Origin: a virus | Lineage: Duplodnaviria; Caudoviricetes | IMG/VR virus record: IMGVR_UViG_3300020037_001957 | Span: 13,626 to 77,625 of that record | Length of the DNA: 64,000 nt | Direction: 5' to 3' (one strand) | Shown here: piece by piece, positions 29,053 through 38,645 of the stretch | Layout of the letters: every line of letters starts with the position of its first letter | Numbering within the stretch: position 1 is the first letter of the stretch | Program-made: the position numbers and the translations under genes | The notes under the pieces: generated by a model | What the model saw: the letters and a program-made list of their open reading frames with translations, nothing else | The model's database searches: none | Told to the model about the DNA's origin: nothing

Positions 29053-29629
29053 GTCTATCTAGTATTTTTTGGAATAGTTCGAGGTTGGCAGGGAGTAACT
29101 TTTCTATACCCACAACATCAAACATTTTACCACCAATAACACACCATCCGTTCTCAAACACCACCTCATTCTCACCTACCATTATTTTCTCCTCTTCTAT
29201 TAGAGTGGCTAGGGTGAGGGTTGGCTTATCAAATAACACGCCGTTAGTTTGTGAAACTATTGAACCATCTCCATGAAAAAGTAAAGGCTCTTTATAAAAT
29301 TGCGTTGTTCCTGTATATGGACTCCTAAACCTACTCTTACCACTAACAAACCCCTTACTTCTAAAATAGTTAGTAAAGGCGGTTAGTACTTCTTGGTCGG
29401 TGGCTAGAGTCCATAACGAAATATCATCCATCATAAAGTCAGTTCTACATTTTCCGTTATTATAAATACCAAAATTATTTAATCTTTGCATGTATAAACA
29501 AATTTGAGATAGCGGGTTATTTTTATTCTTATACCACTTCCCCACCTCAAACTTCTCCTCAGCCGGCGGTTTAAAATTAGTAATCGCTTCTATAAGCACT
29601 TCCTTTAATTGTTCTATTTCGTTTTTCAT
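29042..29629 (-). CDS. Hypothetical protein
   Basis: First ORF of the leftward block, downstream of an ECF-like promoter. Confidence 0.6.
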   Translation of the reverse strand: MKNEIEQLKEVLIEAITNFKPPAEEKFEVGKWYKNKNNPLSQICLYMQRLNNFGIYNNGKCRTDFMMDDISLWTLATDQEVLTAFTNYFRSKGFVSGKSRFRSPYTGTTQFYKEPLLFHGDGSIVSQTNGVLFDKPTLTLATLIEEEKIMVGENEVVFENGWCVIGGKMFDVVGIEKLLPANLELFQKILDRLDK

Positions 29630-29651
29630 ATTCCCTTATTTTTTCTATTTA

Positions 29652-29677
29652 TACTCACACATCCACTCAAAGGTTAC
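29652..29677 (-). promoter_or_regulatory. ECF-type promoter GTAACC-N16-AGTA
   Basis: Same spacing as four other copies. Confidence 0.5.
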
Positions 29678-29914
29678 AAAAATGTATCAAATTGTGAAAC
29701 AAAATTATAAAATTTTTTTATACCAAATTTTTATACCTCGCACATACACGTAAACGGGATTATGTACAGGCTATTTCGTTTTCGGTTTTGGGTTGCGGGG
29801 TGGGGGCTATTGTTTTGCTGGCCGAATTATCAAAATGGTTTTAGGAATTGATTTTTATGGTTTTGGGTTGATGTGTTTGGCCGCTGAATGGTTAGAATGA
29901 ATGTAAGGAGTGTA

Positions 29915-29965
29915 TCACAAATTTGTAAGGAAATGAGAATGCGCTATAATATCACAAGTTTGTAA
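29915..29965. promoter_or_regulatory. Paired box, copy 3 (reverse orientation)
   Basis: TCACAAATTTGTAA at 29915 and TCACAAGTTTGTAA at 29952 (37 bp). Confidence 0.75.
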
Positions 29966-30497
29966 GAGATATATGTGTATAATATTGAATAATGACCCCT
30001 TGATTCTATTGGGCTGCAATGCCCATTGAAACGCCCTAGAATTAACCCCTGTTAAAACTCGCCACCGATGAGTATCCCGTAAATAGGGCTTTTTAGGTTT
30101 TTTGAGTTAATCATCTGAAAGCCCCTATTTTGGCATGGTATTAGTTTTATCCGACAACAAACGACTACAAATACATAAAGGAATTGAGAAGGTGAGAAGG
30201 TGTAATAAATTGCATAATCCCGCCAACATAAATGAAAGGTGTGTTAATGGTGGTTGAATAGGTTATTATTAGGTAGTCTGGAATGCTTGTTATCATTGGG
30301 ATGTATGTTATTGATAATGAGTGTGTTTTATGAGTGGTAAGTGGTTTTTAGTGTTATTTGTAAGTGATTGATATTGAGTTAGTTTAATTTGTTAAATATG
30401 TTGTTTTGGGTATATTTACTTGATGAGTGGTAGTAGGATAGGCTTATACTGTGTGTATCTTCGTATAGGGCAAAGATATATTAAAAAGCCTTATAAA

Positions 30498-30773
30498 ATG
30501 AGAGTAGATATAATAAATAAAGACATTGAAAAGTTAGAAAAGGCTTTGAAGTTAATTGAAAAGACTGAGTGTTATGGCTTATATAACAAGTCTGTTTTAA
30601 TATTTGAAGTGTGTGAAAGTATAGGTGTATTAAAGGACAAAGTTTATAGAATAGAAGAATTTAAGAATAGTTCACCTTCTGAGTCTAAATGTAATAGTCT
30701 TAATATGGCATTGGTTAAACTTGATAACTTTAAAGCAGGTGATTCAGCCGCCGAGAGTAAAAGCACAAAATAG
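30498..30773 (+). CDS. Hypothetical early protein (likely start 30498; track start 30420)
   Basis: A-rich leader before in-frame ATG. Confidence 0.45.
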   Translation: MRVDIINKDIEKLEKALKLIEKTECYGLYNKSVLIFEVCESIGVLKDKVYRIEEFKNSSPSESKCNSLNMALVKLDNFKAGDSAAESKSTK

Positions 30774-30808
30774 CAAAAGTATATAACTAACCTTTAAAAA
30801 CTAAGAAA

Positions 30809-31048
30809 ATGAACACAGCCGCCGGAACCATAAAACAAATAATAGCTTATAAGATAGTAAGATATAACTATAATGTTAAAAACGATTCAGGTACCCTAAT
30901 TTGTGCTTTTAATGACAAGGAAAGTGCAGAAGCTTATAAGCTTACTTTATTAGATAAAACTAAATTTGAAGTACAGGCATATATTTATGCAGTGGAACCA
31001 GTGTACCAATACTTTGATTTTATGGCATTCTTAGGAATAAACAAATAA
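30809..31048 (+). CDS. Hypothetical early protein
   Basis: A-rich leader, ORF packing. Confidence 0.55.
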   Translation: MNTAAGTIKQIIAYKIVRYNYNVKNDSGTLICAFNDKESAEAYKLTLLDKTKFEVQAYIYAVEPVYQYFDFMAFLGINK

Positions 31049-31059
31049 AACTTAAAAAC

Positions 31060-31296
31060 ATGAAAAACACAGTAGTAAAACAAGTAGTAGACTTTTTTAG
31101 GTCTAGCGAAACAAAGCACCTTTATAGAAGTGTAGTAGATAAATGGATAACCCTATTCTTAGAAAAGGAAAAACAACAAATTATTGACGCTTATAACAGC
31201 GGGCAATATATGGGAGCCATAAAAGAAAGATTAGATTATGATGAAAGAGAATATAAATACAAAAACGCAGAAGAATATTTTAGCCAATTAACATAA
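31060..31296 (+). CDS. Hypothetical early protein
   Basis: 'EKEKQQIIDAYNSG...AEEYFSQ' common phage pattern. Confidence 0.65.
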   Translation: MKNTVVKQVVDFFRSSETKHLYRSVVDKWITLFLEKEKQQIIDAYNSGQYMGAIKERLDYDEREYKYKNAEEYFSQLT

Positions 31297-31479
31297 TATT
31301 AACCTTTAAAATATAGATAAAATGGAAAAAAGAGAGCTAATAGGTAAAATCATGATTTTATACGCAGTAATGGGACAAACTGTTAAATATGAAGCTTTAG
31401 ATTATATGGACTATAATAGCCTTGTATTAATCTATGATATGCTAACTATTGAATAATAACACTTAAAACACTAAATAAA

Positions 31480-31809
31480 ATGAACATTAATATAGAGTTT
31501 ACCGAACAAAGGGCCGTTTATCCTAATCCATATTACAGCCCGCTAATATGTAAAATAGATAAAGAACTGCCTAAAATATTAAACGGCGGATATAATAACT
31601 ATTCATTTAGCGAGCAGATTGATTTTAACATAGTAGTTATGGAGCCTTGCAGTTATGAAGGGAAAGAACTAAGAAGAGTTAAAAATTGGGTGTATTCTTA
31701 TGAGTTTATTGAGGTTCACTCACCAAGCGGTAAAATAACAGGCTTACAATACTATAAAACCGCTGATATTGAAACGGGAAAAACATGTACTTTCTTTATT
31801 GCTCCTTAA
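31480..31809 (+). CDS. Hypothetical early protein
   Basis: A-rich leader. Confidence 0.55.
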   Translation: MNINIEFTEQRAVYPNPYYSPLICKIDKELPKILNGGYNNYSFSEQIDFNIVVMEPCSYEGKELRRVKNWVYSYEFIEVHSPSGKITGLQYYKTADIETGKTCTFFIAP

Positions 31810-31875
31810 AATTGTGACAATACAATATAATTAACTTAATAACCAACCGCCGAAAGGCATTAAAACTTAAACAAT

Positions 31876-32253
31876 ATGAAAACAACAATCGACAACAATA
31901 GCCGCATATTTATGTTAACAGGCGATATGGGTAAAACGCTAATTTGTAACATTGAAGACTTAGAAGCCTGTTTTAATGATTTTGCAGATAAAGACGGGTT
32001 AAAGATTCAACACAAATGGAACGCCCGTTTTACTCACTGTTCTAAAAAATCAATTATTGACATGCTTAAAAGCCTAAATTTAGATCATGGATTTATTAGC
32101 AATGAATATAAATTTAAGTTTACAGGTCGCAAAAATGGCGCAATAGGCAAAACATATGTTATTAAACATACCGTAAAGGCTAAAAGCTATGAAACAGCGA
32201 TTAAAACACTTTATAAATCATTTGAGCATATTACTAACCTAACACAATACTAA
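31876..32253 (+). CDS. Hypothetical early protein
   Basis: A-rich leader. Confidence 0.55.
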   Translation: MKTTIDNNSRIFMLTGDMGKTLICNIEDLEACFNDFADKDGLKIQHKWNARFTHCSKKSIIDMLKSLNLDHGFISNEYKFKFTGRKNGAIGKTYVIKHTVKAKSYETAIKTLYKSFEHITNLTQY

Positions 32254-32257
32254 AAAC

Positions 32258-33169
32258 ATGGATTTATTTAACCAATTAGCGGATATTACACGCCCAGAAC
32301 CACAAAACAACCATTTAGAAGACTTTAAACAAAGTGCTATTTATGCGCACCAGTGGACAAGTTTTAGCCCTGAAAGAAGAGGAGAACAGTTAATTAAAGA
32401 TTATAATGAGCAATTAGCGAAGGATATAACAGAACTAACAGCCGCCGGAATTGAACTTGAAATTATTGAAGGATATAAAACAAGGTACATAAATTTGTTT
32501 AGATCGTGGTTATCTGCAAAAAGCCGTTGCGCTTCTACTATGATAACAGGCCCTGCAAATTTTAATGTACGCAAGAATGAGAAAGCAAACAGAAGCGAGG
32601 AGAATCACTATAAACTTTGGCAAGAGTGGAGAATTAGAGCAAAAAAGGCAATAATTAGAAAACAAGCGCCTGTTAAAACTTTTGAAAGTGAATTAGACAG
32701 ATATAAAAATGAGCTTGAAAGCCTTAAAAAAAGCCATGAATTAATGAAGGAAGGTAATAAAAGGATAAAAACGGCAGCGAAAACTGGCGAAGATTTAACA
32801 AAGTATTTAACCGACACTTTTAATATTCAGCCTCACATGATTGAATGGACTATTAAATTTGGCTTTGGACTACCTAATAATTTAGCCAATATTAAAAGAA
32901 TTGAAGAAAGAATTTTAATACTATCTAAGAAGCAAGAAAGAGCCGAAACGATAGGAAGCAAAACGATTGATTTTGAAGGGTTCAAAGTGATATTAAACCA
33001 TGAAGCCGACAGAATACAAATACAGCACGATGTTAAACCCGATTTTAACACAATAACAGCGTTAAAAAAACACGGCTTCAGATGGTCGCCAAGTTTTAAA
33101 GCATGGCAAAGACAGTTAAATCGTAACGGTATAGATGCAGCCGAAAGAGTTTTAAATGTAAAATTATAA
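32258..33169 (+). CDS. Polyvalent-protein-associated / DUF3560-like protein
   Basis: 'SRCASTMITGPANF' and 'RIQI.HD.KPD...ALKKHGFRWSPS..AWQRQL' motifs. Confidence 0.55.
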   Translation: MDLFNQLADITRPEPQNNHLEDFKQSAIYAHQWTSFSPERRGEQLIKDYNEQLAKDITELTAAGIELEIIEGYKTRYINLFRSWLSAKSRCASTMITGPANFNVRKNEKANRSEENHYKLWQEWRIRAKKAIIRKQAPVKTFESELDRYKNELESLKKSHELMKEGNKRIKTAAKTGEDLTKYLTDTFNIQPHMIEWTIKFGFGLPNNLANIKRIEERILILSKKQERAETIGSKTIDFEGFKVILNHEADRIQIQHDVKPDFNTITALKKHGFRWSPSFKAWQRQLNRNGIDAAERVLNVKL

Positions 33170-33388
33170 TACTAACCTATTTTAAAACCTTAAAAGCATG
33201 AATTTAACAGCTAAAATGAACAACCGCCGAGACTTTTACGCCACTTGTAGCCAAGATGAAGTAAAAGAAACACAGAAAGCACTATATAAACACGTTAATA
33301 TGTTTGGAGAAAAGACTTTAATATATTGGAAAGAAACGGGTAAAATAAGCGTAAGACAAGGACACAAAACAATTTAAAACTTAATACA

Positions 33389-33676
33389 ATGGAAAAAGAC
33401 ACATTTAAAACTAAAGTTCTATTCTTAATGGAGAAACAAGGTGAAGAACAGGACGAGTCAGCCGCCGACTCCCTAGCTTATTTTCCCGAAATACTACACA
33501 ATGAAAAAATAAGTAAGGATAGATTCACTTGTTATTCACACGTCGGACAACATTCAAGCTGCCATTCTGATTATGTGACAAGATGGTGTAAAGAAGCTAC
33601 AAAAGAGCAAGCCGCCGACCTTATGGCAGAATTAGAGAGCATTGGTTATAACCTTGAAATATTAAACAAATGGTAA
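33389..33676 (+). CDS. Hypothetical early protein
   Basis: 'CYSHVGQHS' motif. Confidence 0.6.
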   Translation: MEKDTFKTKVLFLMEKQGEEQDESAADSLAYFPEILHNEKISKDRFTCYSHVGQHSSCHSDYVTRWCKEATKEQAADLMAELESIGYNLEILNKW

Positions 33677-33790
33677 CACTTATGGCGCTTCCTGCCTTTA
33701 AAGGGACAAAAATACAGACAATTAAGGCACTATTATTAACCGCCGGAATTGATACACTATTCTTATTACTAACTATTAATATTTAAAACC

Positions 33791-34015
33791 ATGAGAACAA
33801 TAACAGCAAAATTTAACAGCAAGTGCGCAGCCACAGGACAAACAATCAAAAAAGGTGAGTTAATTAGTTATGACCCTGAATTAAAAAAGGCTTATAAGCT
33901 AGGAAACGAGCCGCAAGAAACTCCCGAACAGGCAGAAGCCAGAAGCGTTAAAGACTATATTAATGCTCAGGAGAATGAATATTTTGATAACTTTTGCCGT
34001 AATAATGGAATATAA
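33791..34015 (+). CDS. Hypothetical early protein
   Basis: 'AKFNSKC..TG..IKKGE.I.YD' pattern. Confidence 0.6.
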   Translation: MRTITAKFNSKCAATGQTIKKGELISYDPELKKAYKLGNEPQETPEQAEARSVKDYINAQENEYFDNFCRNNGI

Positions 34016-34037
34016 ACCACTTTAAAACCTTAATCCA

Positions 34038-34280
34038 ATGGTAAGCAAGAAACTAATTAAGTCTTATGACTTCGATACAATAGAGGACTATTTTAACTAT
34101 ATAGTTGAAAGTAAGATAAACGGACAAAATAAACAAGCTAAAGAGCTTTATAACAGCCTCAGCCGCCGCCAAAAATTTGCTTTTATTCAATTTGCAGACG
34201 GAGTATATTTTTATGATGCTGCCGACAATGACAACGAAGAATTTAGCCGCTCTATTCTAATGGAATATCTAAATAGTTAA
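34038..34280 (+). CDS. Hypothetical early protein
   Basis: 'YFNYIVESKINGQ..QAKELY' pattern. Confidence 0.6.
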   Translation: MVSKKLIKSYDFDTIEDYFNYIVESKINGQNKQAKELYNSLSRRQKFAFIQFADGVYFYDAADNDNEEFSRSILMEYLNS

Positions 34281-34285
34281 TTCCC

Positions 34286-34336
34286 TTACAAACTTGTGAT
34301 AAAATAAATAAAGTATTAATCCTTACAAAACTGTGA
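34286..34336. promoter_or_regulatory. Paired box, copy 4
   Basis: TTACAAACTTGTGA at 34286 and TTACAAAACTGTGA at 34323 (37 bp). Confidence 0.75.
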
Positions 34337-34340
34337 TAAA

Positions 34341-34529
34341 ATGAAAAAATACACTTGGTTAAACATAAGTAACGGGGAATTTTCAAACTCATGGATAGAT
34401 GAAAGCTTGTTAAAGGTATTCACTGAGGAGGAAATAAAAGAAGCTGCCCGTGATGGATGGAAATTAATAGAGTTTAAATGCCTTAATGATGATAAGTTTG
34501 AATTTACAAACCACATGAAACTAAAATAA
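34341..34529 (+). CDS. Hypothetical early protein
   Basis: ATG 4 bp after paired box. Confidence 0.55.
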   Translation: MKKYTWLNISNGEFSNSWIDESLLKVFTEEEIKEAARDGWKLIEFKCLNDDKFEFTNHMKLK

Positions 34530-34846
34530 TAACCCCCTAAAATAATAACCACATGGAAAAGCTAAAAACATTAAACCGCAGCGACCTAAAAGAGGAATAC
34601 TACTACATATTTGGTACAACTTGCGACGGCGCACTAAATGAAACAATTATAGCCGCCCTCTATTTTGGAAAGCGCGTGCAATACGTAACCCAAGAAGAAT
34701 TAAGCCACGTTCAAGAATGTTAATGGAACTTAAACAGCTTATTGACCGTATAAGATACAGACTAAGCAAACAGCACAAGAAACAACAGGAAATAGACAAA
34801 TTATTTGCCACAAAGAAACAATATTAACCATTTAAAAATAAAAACT

Positions 34847-35032
34847 ATGAGCAACATGAGTTACTGCCGATTCGAGAATACTTTTATCGACCTTCAGGAC
34901 TGTTATGGATCACTAAGCGAAACTCCGCTTGATGAATTGTCAAAAACAGAAAAAAAATACGCCAAAAGATTAATAGAAATGTGTAAAAATATTGCGGATG
35001 ATTATTTAGAAGAATCAGACGAAGAAGAATAA
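34847..35032 (+). CDS. Hypothetical early protein (MSNMSYCRFENT family; likely start 34847)
   Basis: 'MSYCRFENT..DL.DC' motif. Confidence 0.65.
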   Translation: MSNMSYCRFENTFIDLQDCYGSLSETPLDELSKTEKKYAKRLIEMCKNIADDYLEESDEEE

Positions 35033-35085
35033 ACAATATTAAGGACAAAGCCGATTTTATAAACCAACTTAAAACCAACCACAAA

Positions 35086-35379
35086 ATGACAAATCCTAGA
35101 ATCGTAAAAGTGTTACGCGAAGCCGTAGCAGAAAACAGACAAGACCTTTACAACCAAAAAGGCACGCTCATTATTGATATTATCAGAGCTAAAAAGATGC
35201 TTTGGGGATTCGGTAACAAAAAGGACAACGCCGAATTTTTAACCGAACAAGGACGTATTGACCTCGTTTACCGCCTCACTGATATGGATATTGAAGAACT
35301 TGAAGCCCTTAACAGCCGATTAGAGAATCAAATTAATGGATTAATGGCAGCTATGCGCGCCGCTAAACAAATGGCATAA
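35086..35379 (+). CDS. Hypothetical early protein
   Basis: AAACCAACCACAA leader. Confidence 0.6.
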   Translation: MTNPRIVKVLREAVAENRQDLYNQKGTLIIDIIRAKKMLWGFGNKKDNAEFLTEQGRIDLVYRLTDMDIEELEALNSRLENQINGLMAAMRAAKQMA

Positions 35380-35561
35380 TGAGGACAAAAGCTAAAAAAC
35401 ATCAATTAATATGGTTCGTCCATAGAATAGGGCAGTATGTTATTAGAAATGGAGTGGCTGATATGTTCAACCCTCCGATTCAAATAGCCTCCCTAATGCA
35501 CGCTAAGGCACTATGGATAACACAAAAAGAAAAAGGATATAATTATTCAGAAACAATTTAA
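35379..35561 (+). CDS. Hypothetical early protein
   Basis: TAATG coupling. Confidence 0.55.
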   Translation: MRTKAKKHQLIWFVHRIGQYVIRNGVADMFNPPIQIASLMHAKALWITQKEKGYNYSETI

Positions 35562-35572
35562 AACCAACCACA

Positions 35573-35905
35573 ATGCAAAAAGTAGAAACTAAAAAGGAAA
35601 TTTACATAGTTCGTGACGAAATCACTGACATGGGAGATATAGCCACCTATGACTATAAACAGGCAAAAGCATATGCTAAAGCATTAGTTAAAAACTACCG
35701 CTACGGTGTATTAAGAACGGGACGAGTGTACTACAAAACGCCTGCTGAATCTCGAAGTAAAATTGAAACGTTCTTAGCTAACCAATATCTTGAACTGAAG
35801 TCTGAAAAGATAAAGTTGTCCAATAAAGATAAATACTCATATTGGGGAAGAAAAGCGGAAGTTGAAGCCTATCCTATTGTTAAATTTAAACCAACCACAA
35901 AATGA
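35573..35905 (+). CDS. Hypothetical early protein
   Basis: AAACCAACCACAA leader. Confidence 0.55.
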   Translation: MQKVETKKEIYIVRDEITDMGDIATYDYKQAKAYAKALVKNYRYGVLRTGRVYYKTPAESRSKIETFLANQYLELKSEKIKLSNKDKYSYWGRKAEVEAYPIVKFKPTTK

Positions 35906-36198
35906 AACACACTAAAGGAGAATGGGAATATAAGAAATATCCACATTGTACGGCAATTGAAACAACGTTAGAAAATGGACAGTCTCACACATTATTCACA
36001 GATCAGTTCTGTTATGCGTCAAAGTTTGATGGTTCTAGTGAAGCCAACGCAAAACTAATTGCCGCAGCGCCTGAGTTATTAGAGGCTTTGAAAAACGCTC
36101 GTAATGTATTAGTAATGGCTTCGATGATAGATAAAACTAATTCATGTAATGCTGCTGCTGAAAAGTGTAAAGAAGCAATAAACAAAGCTACATTATGA
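35902..36198 (+). CDS. Hypothetical phage protein ('ANAKLIAAAPELLEAL' family)
   Basis: MKHT.G.W start and ANA.LIAAAPELLEAL motif. Confidence 0.7.
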   Translation: MKHTKGEWEYKKYPHCTAIETTLENGQSHTLFTDQFCYASKFDGSSEANAKLIAAAPELLEALKNARNVLVMASMIDKTNSCNAAAEKCKEAINKATL

Positions 36199-36515
36199 TA
36201 CTACCAAGGACAAAGCCCGCGATAAAATTACTAGGTAATGGCTTTCACTCTGTGTTCATTCTTAGTGTATCAGAATCAAAGGACTCAACACTTACCTTCA
36301 AATTCAAAAACAACAGCGGGCAATCCACCCTTATAATGCCTATAAATACTTACTTACATGAGTTCTTATGTAAATTAGGATATATAGCAGGTATTAAAGG
36401 GGTGGTTAAATTGTCCGACCTTGTCAACCGCCATATTGATGTTGAAATTGTACAGGGAAGAGTGAGGTGTGTGTATAAATATGGACAAAGCCATCCGCCA
36501 GTTAAGATTGGATAG
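36195..36515 (+). CDS. Hypothetical protein
   Basis: ATGA coupling. Confidence 0.5.
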   Translation: MILPRTKPAIKLLGNGFHSVFILSVSESKDSTLTFKFKNNSGQSTLIMPINTYLHEFLCKLGYIAGIKGVVKLSDLVNRHIDVEIVQGRVRCVYKYGQSHPPVKIG

Positions 36516-36846
36516 GCTGAGATTCAAAGTTGATTACTATTCTCTCCGTTGTATGAATGTTTGAGAATACAGGGTGAAAGGTGATGGTCCGTGATACCTT
36601 ACTAAATATTCCCTTCTTCTCTAATCTAAATAATGATGTACTAAATGAGGTTTCCGATATGGCAGCCTCATTTTTTATTTGCCGCCCGATGTCAGGAGTT
36701 AGTGTAATGCTGTTGTTAGTGCTATAATCCAATACAACCGCCAATACCTTCAGCTCAGTATTAGATAATGAAGAGTTAAAGAATATCTTACAAAGTATCT
36801 CAGCCTTCTTCTCAGTGGAAGATTTCATCTTAAATTTCTTTACCAT
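36502..36846 (-). CDS. Winged-HTH protein
   Basis: 'LSNTELKVL...SETSFSTSLFRLEKKGI' wHTH pattern. Confidence 0.5.
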   Translation of the reverse strand: MVKKFKMKSSTEKKAEILCKIFFNSSLSNTELKVLAVVLDYSTNNSITLTPDIGRQIKNEAAISETSFSTSLFRLEKKGIFSKVSRTITFHPVFSNIHTTERIVINFESQPIQS

Positions 36847-37355
36847 TATCTCTTCTTGGATTTAATCTTATTATTAATCAGCTCTCTATAAACCATTGTA
36901 AATGGAACTATCCATGGAGTGTTAAGAGTGTTGTACTTTTCCATAATCGTTTTATACTCTCCTTTACTTACATAATCTGCCCGGTAACTGAGCATAGGCG
37001 ATAGCATAAACACAGCCGCCTCATTCGTGGGTAAAATATACCCCTGCTCTATCAGGTCCTTAAATATAGCTCTTATTGCCTTAATGTCAGTGTTGCCTCT
37101 TGTTCCCTTATAAAATTCCTTAGCCGCTGTTATCGTGAATGAATACTGAGTGAGTAGTTCTGAATCGTATTTAAAGGTGTTGTCAGCCGCCACTTGGTAA
37201 ACTAGCCATGCTAAAAGTGTGGTGTGTTCGGGCGGCTGATATAAATACAGATTAGTAAAATGCTTTGTTATCACCCTTGATGTCTTTAATGATGATAAGA
37301 CAGGGAAATTAGGTAATGATAATGGCTTTATGTTCTCTATCACTTTAACAGGCAT
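36846..37355 (-). CDS. Hypothetical protein (possible wHTH/RepL-like)
   Basis: 'IRAIFKDLIEQGYI...FMLSP' pattern. Confidence 0.45.
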   Translation of the reverse strand: MPVKVIENIKPLSLPNFPVLSSLKTSRVITKHFTNLYLYQPPEHTTLLAWLVYQVAADNTFKYDSELLTQYSFTITAAKEFYKGTRGNTDIKAIRAIFKDLIEQGYILPTNEAAVFMLSPMLSYRADYVSKGEYKTIMEKYNTLNTPWIVPFTMVYRELINNKIKSKKR

Positions 37356-37357
37356 AG

Positions 37358-37867
37358 TTATTTGTTAAGGTTTAAGTGTTTCTCAATAGCTTCTATTCTT
37401 TCTTCTAAGGTTTTAGGTGTCGGAGGTTGTACCTCCTCTATGTCTTTAGCGTATTTCCATGTAATTAATATAGTTTTATGTTCAGCTTCTTCTAATGTCT
37501 CTGCATCTCCCCAAGCTAAATAACAGTTATTCTTCTCCATAAACACAACACGTTTATCCCAAAAAACACAATCTTCACTCACCATCATTACTTTAGGGTA
37601 TTTAGATTCGGCGGATGAAGACTTAGGGTATTTAGCAAAGAATACATCGAATTTTTTATTAACAATAACATCAGTCCAAAAAACATTTTCATCGTCCGTA
37701 TCTGCCCATCTAAACCCTCCTTCCTGTTTTAAAGACGTTAAATCTATCTCAAAGACTTCAACATTCTCAGGATTTCCTTGCTTTACTTGTTCTTCAAGCA
37801 TTTTAGCTATCACCTCTTTAGGGAAGCCTTCTAATTCTCCTTTAGGAGTGTAATTGTCTAAATTCAT
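37358..37867 (-). CDS. Hypothetical protein
   Basis: ORF packing. Confidence 0.6.
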   Translation of the reverse strand: MNLDNYTPKGELEGFPKEVIAKMLEEQVKQGNPENVEVFEIDLTSLKQEGGFRWADTDDENVFWTDVIVNKKFDVFFAKYPKSSSAESKYPKVMMVSEDCVFWDKRVVFMEKNNCYLAWGDAETLEEAEHKTILITWKYAKDIEEVQPPTPKTLEERIEAIEKHLNLNK

Positions 37868-37872
37868 AGTGT

Positions 37873-38169
37873 TTAGTTTTTAAGTTGTGATTTACGCTCT
37901 TCTGCCATTTTCTCTAATTTCTCTTGAAACTTAGATTTTTTAGGGGCAAGTTTGGAGGCTTCAATTTCCTCTTTAGCCTCAGTGATAGCCGCTATAAAAA
38001 GAAATACAATAGCTATTACACCACAGATTAATATCATCCATACACTCCACCAATTAAACTCCTTATCCTTCACTAAATAAAGAATAAACTCTACAACCGC
38101 CCACACACAACTGGCGGCTGAACCAAAATAGGATATAAGTCCTAATGCTAATGTTATTAATTTTTTCAT
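37873..38169 (-). CDS. Two-TM membrane protein
   Basis: Hydrophobic helices, charged tail; downstream of ECF-like promoter. Confidence 0.6.
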   Translation of the reverse strand: MKKLITLALGLISYFGSAASCVWAVVEFILYLVKDKEFNWWSVWMILICGVIAIVFLFIAAITEAKEEIEASKLAPKKSKFQEKLEKMAEERKSQLKN

Positions 38170-38217
38170 TAATTTCTAGTTTTAATTCGGCAGCTGAATT
38201 ACCACCTACCCCTCTTT

Positions 38218-38243
38218 TACGTTAAGAGAGATAATAAGGTTGC
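38218..38243 (-). promoter_or_regulatory. ECF-type promoter GCAACC-N16-CGTA
   Basis: Exact spacing match. Confidence 0.55.
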
Positions 38244-38246
38244 AGA

Positions 38247-38540
38247 TTATTTAATAAATTCTGATTTAACATCTCTGTGACCAAACAACTTATTTTTATG
38301 CAAGTGAGGAATAAGCGGCTTAATCTCTTCGGGAGTTAGTTCCTTGTACTTAAACCCCTCCTTCTCCCAAAAAACTTCGGTATTAAACATTGATGTTATA
38401 CAAGTTGGATTCTTACCGTCCGAAACTTTCAACATAAAAAGCCATGAAGGCGCAAGTATATCCCCTTCTTTAAGAGTTCTTCCGTTTTCAGAAGATAAGC
38501 AGTCTCTACCGCCAATAATTACTTTATACAATTTAATCAT
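38247..38540 (-). CDS. Hypothetical protein
   Basis: ORF packing. Confidence 0.5.
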   Translation of the reverse strand: MIKLYKVIIGGRDCLSSENGRTLKEGDILAPSWLFMLKVSDGKNPTCITSMFNTEVFWEKEGFKYKELTPEEIKPLIPHLHKNKLFGHRDVKSEFIK

Positions 38541-38645
38541 ACCAAGTTATACGTTACTAACTCTACTAAGATTTCATTCCTCAATGGGAAATGGTAGCTT
38601 CGCTAAGGAAGTTTGCATGATAACGTTTCATTTTCTTTGCATACC

